NCBI GenBank assembly: GCA_020248945.1 | Contig: JADCGQ010000058.1 | Span: 19,189 to 83,188, forward strand | DNA: 64,000 bases | Direction: 5' to 3' | Origin: Rubrivivax sp. | Lineage (GTDB): Bacteria; Pseudomonadota; Gammaproteobacteria; Burkholderiales; Burkholderiaceae_C | In this document: positions 1-8,429 of the stretch, piece after piece | Numbering within the stretch: position 1 is the first letter of the stretch | How the letters are laid out: each line of letters starts with the position of its first letter | The notes under the pieces: model-generated | The model's input: the letters and a program-made list of their open reading frames with translations, nothing else | Told to the model about the DNA's origin: nothing | Database searches by the model: none | Program-made: the position numbers and the translations under genes

Positions 1-219
1 ATAGGTCATGAGGCGGTCGTAGACGAGCCAGCTCACGCCGTAGGCCGGGCGGTTGGCGCCGATGGTCTGGATGTCCAGCGAGTTGGGGCCGAACTCGTTG
101 GCCACGACCAGCACGTCCTTGGGCCGCGCCTGGGCCATCGCGGCCAGCGGCACGGCGCCCAGTGCGAGCGGCGCCAGCGGCACCAGCGAGGAGGCCAGGG
201 TGAAGTCACGACGATCCAT
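1..219 (-). CDS. ABC transporter substrate-binding protein, family 5 (peptide/nickel/opine type), N-terminal fragment running off the window
   Basis: Not in the ORF track because it is truncated. My minus-strand translation from ATG 219..217 is MDRRDFTLASSLVPLAPLALGAVPLAAMAQARPKDVLVVANEFGPNSLDIQTIGANRPAYGVSWLVYDRLMTY. It has a signal peptide followed by a KDVLVVA..SLD block typical of SBP family 5. AGGAG lies 8 nt upstream. Confidence 0.7.
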   Translation of the reverse strand, partial: MDRRDFTLASSLVPLAPLALGAVPLAAMAQARPKDVLVVANEFGPNSLDIQTIGANRPAYGVSWLVYDRLMTY

Positions 220-243
220 GGATGCAGCTCCTGCGGGTGGGGT

Positions 244-2103
244 TCAATGCGAGGCGAGGTAGGCACGCCAACCACCGTGATGGCTGATGTCGGCGGCGCC
301 TTCCAGGGCATCGGCTTCGCACAGGAAGCCGTGCACCTGGCGGCCGTCGGCGAGCTCGAGGGAGCCCAGGCCCAACGGCGGCGGAATGAGTGCGAGGAAG
401 CTGCCGAGGTGGCGCTGGGGCATGGCCCACAGCTCCACGGCAATGGCCGCGCCGCCGCTGGCCACGCGCTGCAGGCCCGGCTTGCGCGGCGTGGTGCCGG
501 GCAGCGCATAGAGCCGGTAACGCGCGGCGGTGGTCGTGGCCTCTTGCAGCAGCGCGCCGCGTTCGAGCAACTGGCCATTGAGTGGCAGGCCCTGCAGGTG
601 TGCGCCGACCACGGCCAGCGTCAGCATCGGCTCGCAAGCCGGCTTCGGCAGGGCCTCGGCAGGCGGGGCGAATGCCACGCCGGTGGCACCCATCGGTTGC
701 GCGGCCGCGGCCTGCCAGCGTGCACCGAATCGGGCCAGTGCCACATCAGCATCGGCCTGGCCGATGAAAGTGGCGCTGAAGGGCAGCCCGGTGGCGGTGG
801 TGGTGACTGGCAGCGACAGCGCGCTCCAGCCGAGGAAGTTGACGAAGTTGGTGTACGCGCCGAGCGCGGCGTTGGCGGCCACCGGCTCGGCGGCCACCTC
901 GGCCCGCGTAGGGTGGCGCGGCGAGGTCGGCACCATCAGCAGATCGACCTGTTGCCACAGCGACGCGAGCTCGGCCTGCGCGGCCTTGAGCTGGTACATC
1001 GCGCGGAACGTGTCGGTGGCGCTGAAGCCACGCGCCTGCGCGATGACGGCGGCCACGGTGGCGTCCAGCGCCTCGGGCTGGGTGTCGAGCAGGGCCTGCA
1101 CCACCGTGTGGCGCTCGGCCACCCAGGGGCCGTCGTAGAGCAGCCGGGCCACGGCGTGCAGCGGCCCGAAGTCGATGGGCACCAGCGTGGCCCCCAATTG
1201 GCGCGCCAGCTCTTCGGCCGCAGCCCAGGCCGCCGGGCCGCCCTGCGCGGCGTCGAGCAGCGGAGAAGCCGGCACGCCGATGCGCAGCGCGTGGTTCCAG
1301 CCGGCCATGCCGGGGGTGTAGCGGCTGTAGTGATCGGCCGCATCGGCGCCTTCGATCACGGCCAGCACGGCGGCGGCGTCGTCGGCCGTGAGCGCGAACA
1401 CCGAGACGCAGTCGAGGCTGCGGCAGGCCGGCAGCACGCCCGCGGAGCTGACGCGCCCCGGCGTGGGCTTCAGACCCACGACGTGGTTGAAGCCCGCGGG
1501 CACGCGGCCGCTGCCGGCGGTGTCGGTGCCCAGCGCAAAGGGCACAGTGCCGCGCGACACGAGCACGGCCGAGCCCGAGCTGGAGCCGCCGCTCACGTGA
1601 TCGGCCGACCAGGTGGACGTGGGCTGACCATAGGGCGAGCGCGTGCCCACCAGGCCGGTGGCGAACTGGTCGAGGTTGCTCTTGCCGATGAGCACGGCAC
1701 CGGCTTCGAGCAGCTTCGTCACCACGGTGGCACTGCGCGTGGCGGTGTGGGCGAAGGCCGGGCAGGCGGCGGTGGTGGGCAGGCCGGCGACGTCGATGTT
1801 GTCCTTGACGACGAAGGGCGCGCCGAAGAGCGGCCAGCGCGCCAGCAACGCGGCACGGTCGGGCGTGGCGGCGGCCAGGGCCTCGAGCTCGGCCAGCCGG
1901 GCGGCGAGGTGGGCCTGCATGGCGGGCGCATCGGGCGGCAGGATCCAGGCCACATCGGGCACGGCGTCCCCGCCCGCCACCGCCTGCGCCACCCGTTCGC
2001 GCACCAGCTGCGACACCGACGCACCAGCGCGGGCGGCCTGGCGCCAGTCCGACAGGGTAAGCGGGCCGGTTGGGCGCTGGAAGGTGGCGGTATCGCGTGG
2101 CAT
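244..2103 (-). CDS. atzF: allophanate hydrolase (amidase-signature enzyme with C-terminal extension)
   Basis: 619-aa ORF with the amidase signature block GGSSSGSAVLV. Its length and C-terminal ~120-aa domain match allophanate hydrolases. ATG at 2103..2101. Confidence 0.85.
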   Translation of the reverse strand: MPRDTATFQRPTGPLTLSDWRQAARAGASVSQLVRERVAQAVAGGDAVPDVAWILPPDAPAMQAHLAARLAELEALAAATPDRAALLARWPLFGAPFVVKDNIDVAGLPTTAACPAFAHTATRSATVVTKLLEAGAVLIGKSNLDQFATGLVGTRSPYGQPTSTWSADHVSGGSSSGSAVLVSRGTVPFALGTDTAGSGRVPAGFNHVVGLKPTPGRVSSAGVLPACRSLDCVSVFALTADDAAAVLAVIEGADAADHYSRYTPGMAGWNHALRIGVPASPLLDAAQGGPAAWAAAEELARQLGATLVPIDFGPLHAVARLLYDGPWVAERHTVVQALLDTQPEALDATVAAVIAQARGFSATDTFRAMYQLKAAQAELASLWQQVDLLMVPTSPRHPTRAEVAAEPVAANAALGAYTNFVNFLGWSALSLPVTTTATGLPFSATFIGQADADVALARFGARWQAAAAQPMGATGVAFAPPAEALPKPACEPMLTLAVVGAHLQGLPLNGQLLERGALLQEATTTAARYRLYALPGTTPRKPGLQRVASGGAAIAVELWAMPQRHLGSFLALIPPPLGLGSLELADGRQVHGFLCEADALEGAADISHHGGWRAYLASH

Positions 2104-2177
2104 CGAAATGGTGCACCTGCTGGTATACCAGTCAGGACACGCATCAACCGTGCCAGAACCTCGGGGTGAACAACGGG

Positions 2178-2302
2178 GCTTCGACAGGCTCAGCCCGAAC
2201 GGGGATCTCCCACCCCCGCTCGCGCTGGCCCATCACCGCTGGCGCTGACCCCACCCCCGTTCGCGCTGAGCCCACCCCCGTTCGCGCTGAGCCTGTCGAA
2301 GC
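2178..2302. repeat. REP-like intergenic element: 16-bp perfect inverted repeat arms flanking a 4x tandem 21-bp unit
   Basis: GCTTCGACAGGCTCAG (2178-2193) is the reverse complement of CTGAGCCTGTCGAAGC (2287-2302). Between them lie four copies of CCCACCCCCGTTCGCGCTGAG-like 21-mers (2209-2291). The same family occurs at 19702-19842. Confidence 0.8.
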
Positions 2303-2357
2303 GCTGTGGGCGCACAGCGGGCCTCGCCGGCCCGCGCGGCCGGTCGGAACCCGATGC

Positions 2358-3224
2358 TCAGGTGCGCCAGATGCGCGGCGGCTCGGCGCCCAGGCCCCAG
2401 GCCTGGGCTCGCCACGCGGCGCGCACGCGGTGCAGCAGCGCCATCGCCGGCTCGGCTTTCTCGGCCAGCACGCGCAGCACGATGACGCGCTCGTGCGGCG
2501 AACTCACGCCCGCGCGCAGCGGGCTGCCGGCGCCTGCAGCCAAGGGCTCGGTGTGCTCGCGCGCGGCGTCCAGCAGCCGCTGGCGGCGCTCACGCGGGAT
2601 GGCCTCGCCCTCCGCCCACCAGGCCGTGGCCAGCACGCCGGCCCCGCCCAGGCCCAGGGGCGATTCGCGCAGCAGCCGGTCGTCCGCCGCGATGCGCCCG
2701 CGCTCGAGCCAGTGGCCGGGCAGTGCCAGGTGCTGCTGCACGCTGCCCGCCACGAAGGGCTGCTGCGAGGCCGGCAGGCCCAGCGCCAGCACATCCCAGC
2801 CGATCATCTGCGCGCCGGGCTCCAGGGACAGTTCGATTCGGTTGTGGGCGTTGCAGCCGCTGTAGGCAATCGCCTCCATCGGCAACCACTCCAGCCGTGC
2901 CCCGGCCGCCAGCGCCAGCCGCACCTGCTGAGCCTGGTGCAGGCCAGCCTCGCCCTCGCTGCGGTAGTAGCGCGCCGCACCGGGCGTGGTGACCACGACA
3001 TGCGTGCCCTCGCCCAGCGTGGCCTCGAGTTCGAGCCGGTCGCCACCGACGATGCCGCCCGGCGGATGCACCACGACGTGGTGGCAGATGCCCGGCCCTT
3101 CGGGGTACAGCCGCCGCAGCACGCGCAGCGGGCCCTCGTGCAGATCGTGCGCGCGCGTGGTGGGCGTGCCCGTGGACGTGTCGACCCAGTAGCGCAGCGC
3201 CAGGTGCGCGTGCCAGCCGGCCAT
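2358..3224 (-). CDS. ureD: urease accessory protein UreD
   Basis: The ORF is trimmed to MAGWHAHLALRYW (ATG 3224..3222). It contains the LYPEGPGICHHVVVHPPGGIVGGDRLE motif characteristic of UreD/UreH. Confidence 0.8.
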   Translation of the reverse strand: MAGWHAHLALRYWVDTSTGTPTTRAHDLHEGPLRVLRRLYPEGPGICHHVVVHPPGGIVGGDRLELEATLGEGTHVVVTTPGAARYYRSEGEAGLHQAQQVRLALAAGARLEWLPMEAIAYSGCNAHNRIELSLEPGAQMIGWDVLALGLPASQQPFVAGSVQQHLALPGHWLERGRIAADDRLLRESPLGLGGAGVLATAWWAEGEAIPRERRQRLLDAAREHTEPLAAGAGSPLRAGVSSPHERVIVLRVLAEKAEPAMALLHRVRAAWRAQAWGLGAEPPRIWRT

Positions 3225-3231
3225 CTTGCGA

Positions 3232-3720
3232 TCAGGCTTGGTGCGCGCGCCAGAAGTCGCGGTGCAGCGCCGCGATCTCTTCTTCGACCTCGGGCACCGG
3301 GCCCACCACCTGCATCGGCTTCTGCCCACGCGCGAACACCTCGCGGCAAGGCAGGTCGAGCGTCGGGTTCTCGGCGTGGTTGCCGGTCATGGCGAGCAGG
3401 CGCGATTCGCTCATGCCGTAGACGAGGTGACCGATGTGCGCCCAGTACTGCGTGCCCGCGCACATGGCGCAAGGCTCGACGGTGGTGACGAGCGTGCAGT
3501 CCCACAGCTGCGCGGCCTCGAAGCGGTGCGCCGCCACACGCGCCAGCACGGCCTCGGCGTGGTTGACACCGTCGACATTGCCTTGCTCCAGCAGCACGGT
3601 CTCGCCGTCGCCTGCCACCAGCACCGCGCCGAACGGGTGCTTGCCCTTGGCCAGTGCGGCCTGCGCCACCGCGTTGGCGGCACGCAGGTGGCGCAGCGTC
3701 TGCTCGGGTGTCAAGGCCAT
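3232..3720 (-). CDS. CDA-fold nucleoside/guanine deaminase
   Basis: Zinc motifs HAE...PCAMC are present and the protein is 162 aa. The start MALTPEQT (3720) lies 8 nt after the upstream permease stop. The purine-catabolic context suggests guanine deaminase. Confidence 0.8.
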   Translation of the reverse strand: MALTPEQTLRHLRAANAVAQAALAKGKHPFGAVLVAGDGETVLLEQGNVDGVNHAEAVLARVAAHRFEAAQLWDCTLVTTVEPCAMCAGTQYWAHIGHLVYGMSESRLLAMTGNHAENPTLDLPCREVFARGQKPMQVVGPVPEVEEEIAALHRDFWRAHQA

Positions 3721-3727
3721 CGCGACT

Positions 3728-4498
3728 TCAGTGGTTCTGCGAACCGCGGTGCGCCCAGCCGGTGGTGCGCCGCTCGATCCAGCTGAACAGCTCGTACATG
3801 GCCATGGCCATGGCGCCGATGGTGACCAGGCCCGCAAAGGCCAGCGGCATGCGCTGCTGGCTGCCGGCACTCTGCATCAGGTAGCCGATGCCGCTGTCGC
3901 CGGCCGTCATCTCGGCCAGCACGGTGCCCACGAAGGCCAGCGTGATGGCGATCTTCAGCGAGCCGTAGAAGTACGGCATCGAGCGCGGCAGGCCCACCTT
4001 CACGAGCACGTCCCAGCGCTTGGCGCCCAGCACGCGCAGCACGTCCTCGAGCTCGGGCTCCAGCGTCGCCAGGCCGGTGGCGATGTTCACGGTGATCGGG
4101 AAGAAGCTGATCAAGAAAGCCGTCAGCACGCCCGGCCCGATGCCGATGCCGAACCACACCACCAGGATGGGCACCACGGCCGCCTTGGGCACGGCGTTGA
4201 AGGCCACCATCAGCGGGTACAGCGCCGTGTAGGCCAACCGCGAGCTGCCGATCAGGAAGCCCAGCATCACGCCCACGACGATGCTGATGCCGAAGCCCAC
4301 CATCGTGACCCAGAAGGTCTTCCAGGCCGCCTCGAGCAGCGGGCCCTTGAACTCGATGAACTGCTGGCCGATCTGCCAGGGGCTGGGAAAGATGAAGTCC
4401 GGGATGCTGAAGCCGGCCACGATGGCCTGCCACAGCAGCAGTGCGGCGGCCAGCACGATGAGGGGCGACCAGCGTTCGACGTTCTTGCTCACGACCAT
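3728..4498 (-). CDS. ABC transporter permease (NitT/TauT/SsuC family)
   Basis: 256 aa, multi-TM, with an EAA-like loop. It is co-oriented with the ATPase gene upstream. Confidence 0.85.
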   Translation of the reverse strand: MVVSKNVERWSPLIVLAAALLLWQAIVAGFSIPDFIFPSPWQIGQQFIEFKGPLLEAAWKTFWVTMVGFGISIVVGVMLGFLIGSSRLAYTALYPLMVAFNAVPKAAVVPILVVWFGIGIGPGVLTAFLISFFPITVNIATGLATLEPELEDVLRVLGAKRWDVLVKVGLPRSMPYFYGSLKIAITLAFVGTVLAEMTAGDSGIGYLMQSAGSQQRMPLAFAGLVTIGAMAMAMYELFSWIERRTTGWAHRGSQNH

Positions 4499-4516
4499 GA
4501 TGCGCTCGGCTCCCTG

Positions 4517-5341
4517 TTATTGCGGCGCGGCCGCGCCGCTCTTGCCGATGGCGTTGCGGTGGGCCCCGATGTGGCCGCGCAGCTCGTGCACGATGTCGGT
4601 GAACTGCGGCGTGTAGGTCACTTCCAGGTCGCGCGGGCGCGGCAGTTCGATCTGCCGCTTGGCCACGAAGCGGCCCGGGCTGCGGCTCATGCAGTACACG
4701 GTGTCGGCCAGGAACACGCTCTCGCGCAGATCGTGCGTGACGAGGATGACGTTGAACTTCTGCGCCGCGTGCAGATCACGCAGCGCGCACCAGAGCTCCT
4801 CGCGCGTGAAGGCGTCGAGCGCACCGAAGGGCTCGTCGAGCAGCAGCATCTTGGGCTCGTGCACCAGCGCGCGGCAGATGCTGGCGCGCTGCTGCATGCC
4901 GCCACTCAGTTGCCACGGGAACTTGTCCTCGTAGCCGGCCAGGCCCACGCTCTGCAGCAGCTGCCGCGCCTTGGCCTCGAACTCCTTCTTCTTGGCCTTG
5001 AACTGGCTGCGGTAGGGCTCGACGATCTCCAGCGGCAGCATCACGTTCTGCACCGTCGTGCGCCAGGGCAGCAGGCTCGGCGCCTGGAAGGCCATGCCGG
5101 TGATCTTGAGCGGCCCGGTCACCGGCTGGCCGTCGATGACGACCGTGCCCTTGCTCGGCCGGCGCAGGCCGGTGGCCAGCTTCATGAAGGTGCTCTTGCC
5201 GCAACCCGAAGGGCCGACGATGGCGATGAACTCGCCTTCGGTCACCTGCAGGCTGATGTCCTCCACCGCGAACTGGCCCTGGGCGAGCAGCTCCTCGTTG
5301 TAGGCGAGCCAGACGTTCTTGAAGTCGACGAAGGCGCTCAT
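4517..5341 (-). CDS. ABC transporter ATP-binding protein (nitrate/sulfonate/taurine type)
   Basis: Walker A GPSGCGKST, signature LSGGMQQR and Walker B LLLDEP are present. I chose the start MSAFVDFKN; a GTG 24 nt upstream is an alternative. Confidence 0.9.
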   Translation of the reverse strand: MSAFVDFKNVWLAYNEELLAQGQFAVEDISLQVTEGEFIAIVGPSGCGKSTFMKLATGLRRPSKGTVVIDGQPVTGPLKITGMAFQAPSLLPWRTTVQNVMLPLEIVEPYRSQFKAKKKEFEAKARQLLQSVGLAGYEDKFPWQLSGGMQQRASICRALVHEPKMLLLDEPFGALDAFTREELWCALRDLHAAQKFNVILVTHDLRESVFLADTVYCMSRSPGRFVAKRQIELPRPRDLEVTYTPQFTDIVHELRGHIGAHRNAIGKSGAAAPQ

Positions 5342-5429
5342 GGGGTTGCACTCATGCGTAGGCACTCGGGGTCAAAGCCCTGCCGTTCATAGGGGCATGC
5401 ATCGAACGGGTCGGAAGACAATCCGACGC

Positions 5430-5966
5430 ATGGAATCTTCCAAGCACATCGGGTGGGGTTGGTTGCTGGTGGGCGTGCTGGGCAGCGGCGTGGCCTCGGC
5501 CTGGGCCACGAGCATGAACACGCTGACGCAGGAGCTGGCGGACACGCAGGCCTGGCGCGAGAAGGCCTACTGGCGCGTGGCGATGGCGCCGCACACCGAG
5601 CACTACCGGCCCAGCGCCGAGCACCAGAGCGTCTGGGCCGTGGCGCTGGAACGGCAGCGGCGCGACGGCTGGCTGGCCGGCGCTTCGCGCTTCTCCAACT
5701 CCTTCGGCCAGCCCAGCGCCTACGTCTACGTCGGCCATCGCTTCGACGGGCTGCTCGGGCAGCGCAACCTCTACGGTCAGCTCAGCGCCGGGCTGCTGTA
5801 CGGCTACCGCGGCCGCTTCGAGGACAAGGTGCCGCTCAACCACGACGGCTTCGCTCCCGGTGCGCTGGTCACCATCGGCAGCCAGCTCACCCGGCGCGCC
5901 GCCGTGGCCGCGCACTTGCTGGGCGATGCCGGCGTGATGCTGCAGTTGTCCTGGGACCTGCGCTGA
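5430..5966 (+). CDS. signal-peptide protein, probable small outer-membrane beta-barrel (lipid A deacylase/PagL-like; function uncertain)
   Basis: MESSKHIGWGWLLVGVLGSGVASAWA is a signal peptide. Alternating aromatic/Gly-rich strands end in ...LQLSWDLR. The family assignment is from memory only. Confidence 0.55.
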   Translation: MESSKHIGWGWLLVGVLGSGVASAWATSMNTLTQELADTQAWREKAYWRVAMAPHTEHYRPSAEHQSVWAVALERQRRDGWLAGASRFSNSFGQPSAYVYVGHRFDGLLGQRNLYGQLSAGLLYGYRGRFEDKVPLNHDGFAPGALVTIGSQLTRRAAVAAHLLGDAGVMLQLSWDLR

Positions 5967-6007
5967 CGCATCCGCCAATTCGTCCACCCGCCCGCCGGCC
6001 CGGCTGA

Positions 6008-7048
6008 TCAGCGCCGCACCGGCGGCAGGATGTTCAGTTCGGCCTTGGCCGGCAGCAGCGTGTCGGTCCACACCGCCGTGGGGTCGATGCGGGTGCGCGT
6101 GCCAAAGGCGTCCGACACCTGCGAGGCCATCAGCGCCAAGCGGCCCGGGTTGACGACACCGAAGCCCTCGGCGCGGGCGTCGGGGCTGGCCACGACAGCG
6201 TCGATGGCCATGCGCAGCCGGCGCTTCTCAAGATCGACGTTGATGATGCCGTCGCGCGCCTTCACGTACTCGATCGCGTCATCGGGCTTGGCGATCACTT
6301 CCTTGGCGCCCTTCAGGAAGGCGCTCAGGAAGGCCTTCACCGCGGCCGGGTTCTCCTTGATGAGCTTGGGGCTGGCGATGATGGCGTTGCCGTAGAGCTT
6401 CACGCCGTGCGCCGGGTAGGGCATGACGACGATGTCTTCGGTCTTGACGCCGCGCGCCTCGAGGTTGAGCAGGCTGGTGAAGCTGAAACCAGTGATGGCC
6501 TCGATGTCGCCGCGCACCAGCATGGTCTCGCGCAGCGGCGGGTCCATGCTCGTCCACTGCACGCCTGTGATGTTGTTGGCCTTGGCGAAGATCGGGAAGG
6601 CCTTGCGGCCGGCGTCGAAACCGGGTGCGCCGAGCTTCCTGCCGTTCAGATCAGACGGCTTGCTGATGCCGCTCTTCTTGAGCGCCAGCACGGCGGCCGG
6701 CGTGTTGTTGTAGACCATCATCACCGCCACCGGCTTGTTCGGTGCGTCGGGGTTGTTGGCGTGGAACTCCATCAGCGCCGCCATGTCGGCAAAGCCCATG
6801 TCGTAGGCGCCACCGGCCACGCGCGTGACGGTGCCACCGCTGCCGTTGCCGGCGTCGATGGTCACGTCCAGGCCCGCGGCCTTGTAGTAGCCCTTGGCCG
6901 TGCTGGCCAGGAAGAGCGCGGCCGGGCCTTCGAAGCGCCAGTCGAGCTGGAACTTGATCGGCGTCTGCGCCGAGGCCATCAACGGGGTGGCAAGCAGGCC
7001 GGCCAGGGCCAGGGTGGCGGCACGGCGGGTGATCGGGAACAAGGACAT
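6008..7048 (-). CDS. ABC transporter periplasmic substrate-binding protein (NMT1/THI5-like)
   Basis: Trimmed to MSLFPITRRAATLALAGLLATPLMASA (ATG 7048..7046), a signal peptide. The NMT1-type body starts PIKFQLDWRFEGP. Confidence 0.85.
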   Translation of the reverse strand: MSLFPITRRAATLALAGLLATPLMASAQTPIKFQLDWRFEGPAALFLASTAKGYYKAAGLDVTIDAGNGSGGTVTRVAGGAYDMGFADMAALMEFHANNPDAPNKPVAVMMVYNNTPAAVLALKKSGISKPSDLNGRKLGAPGFDAGRKAFPIFAKANNITGVQWTSMDPPLRETMLVRGDIEAITGFSFTSLLNLEARGVKTEDIVVMPYPAHGVKLYGNAIIASPKLIKENPAAVKAFLSAFLKGAKEVIAKPDDAIEYVKARDGIINVDLEKRRLRMAIDAVVASPDARAEGFGVVNPGRLALMASQVSDAFGTRTRIDPTAVWTDTLLPAKAELNILPPVRR

Positions 7049-7193
7049 GGCAGGGCTCCGAACGGAAGGGCAGGCAACAGACAAGAAACTGCCGAACCAT
7101 TCTGCAAGTTCCATGCTCAGTTGGAACTCCGTGCTTGCACCACGATGGGCGCCTCTGCGCCGACCTACCCCAGGCTGGTGCGCATGACGACCC

Positions 7194-8429
7194 TCAAGCG
7201 TGCAGGAGATCGAAGAGGGTGCGCGCAACCACCTGAGTGGCCCGCCGCAGGTCCGCCAGCTCCAGGTGCTCGTCGGCGCGCTTGGCGTTGCTCTCGAGCA
7301 CCGTGCGCGGCCCGGCGCCGTAGATGACGGCCGGCACGCCGTGCTCGCCGTACAGGCGCACGTCGGTGTACAGCGGCGTGCCGCTCTCGGGAATGGGCTC
7401 GCCGAACACCGCCTGACCGTGGCGCTGGATGGCCGCCACCAGCGGCGCGTTGCCGGGCAAGGGCTTCAGCGCCCGGGCCAGCAGCAGCCGCTTGATCTCG
7501 ACGCGCACGCCCGGCGACAAGGCCACGGCCGCCTCGATGAGCCCGCGCACCTCGGCCTCCACGGCCGCAGCGTCTTCTTCGGGGATCATGCGGCGATCGA
7601 GCTTGATCACCACCTTGCCGGGCACGACGTTGGTGTTGCTGCCGCCCTCGATGCGGCCGACATTGAGATACGGGTGGGTGATGCCCGCCACCTGGCTGTG
7701 CCGGGTGCGCAGCACGCGGTTGTGCTCGTACAGCGCGGTCAGCAGCCGGTTGGCGGCCTGCAGCGCATCGACGCCGGTGTGCGGGTAGGCGGCGTGCGAG
7801 GCCAGGCCGTGCAGCGTCACCTCGAGCTGCAGACAGCCGTTGTGCGCCGTCACCACCTGGTAGCTGAAGCCGGCGGCGATGAGCAGGTCGGGCTTCGTGA
7901 TCTGCTTGCTCAGCAGCCAGCCGGGGCCGAGTTCGCCGCCGAATTCTTCGTCGTAGGTGAAGTGCAGCTCGACGGCGCCCTGCTTCACGAGGCCCAGCGA
8001 CTCGAGCGCGCGCAGGGCGTAGGTGTAGCTGGCGAAATCGCTCTTGCTCACGGCCGCGGCGCGGCCGTAGAGCTTGCCGTCGGCCACCTCGCCGCCGTAG
8101 GGATCGTGGCGCCAGCCCTCGCCCGGCGGCACCACGTCGCCATGGGCGTTGAGTGCGATCACCGGCCCGCCCGCGCCGAAGCGGCGCCGCACCACGAGGT
8201 TGGTGATGCTGGCCATGCCTTGCGCCTGCACGTCAGCGGCCGGCACCGGGTGGCGCTCGGCCTGCAGGCCCATGGCCGCCAGCAGCTCGGCCGTGCGCTC
8301 GGCATGCCGCGCGTTGTCGCCGGGCGGCGTGTCGGTGGGCACGCGCACCAGCTCCTGCAGGAAGCGCACCTGCTCGTCGAAGTGGCTGTCGATCCAGGCG
8401 TCGAGCGCGGCGTAGGTCGGTGTCGTCAT
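7194..8429 (-). CDS. M20 family metallohydrolase (ArgE/DapE/ACY1/CPG2-like)
   Basis: 411 aa, with M20 motifs (ALNAHGDVVPPG, DEEFGG). It has an ATGA overlap with the upstream uraD-allC fusion. Confidence 0.85.
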   Translation of the reverse strand: MTTPTYAALDAWIDSHFDEQVRFLQELVRVPTDTPPGDNARHAERTAELLAAMGLQAERHPVPAADVQAQGMASITNLVVRRRFGAGGPVIALNAHGDVVPPGEGWRHDPYGGEVADGKLYGRAAAVSKSDFASYTYALRALESLGLVKQGAVELHFTYDEEFGGELGPGWLLSKQITKPDLLIAAGFSYQVVTAHNGCLQLEVTLHGLASHAAYPHTGVDALQAANRLLTALYEHNRVLRTRHSQVAGITHPYLNVGRIEGGSNTNVVPGKVVIKLDRRMIPEEDAAAVEAEVRGLIEAAVALSPGVRVEIKRLLLARALKPLPGNAPLVAAIQRHGQAVFGEPIPESGTPLYTDVRLYGEHGVPAVIYGAGPRTVLESNAKRADEHLELADLRRATQVVARTLFDLLHA

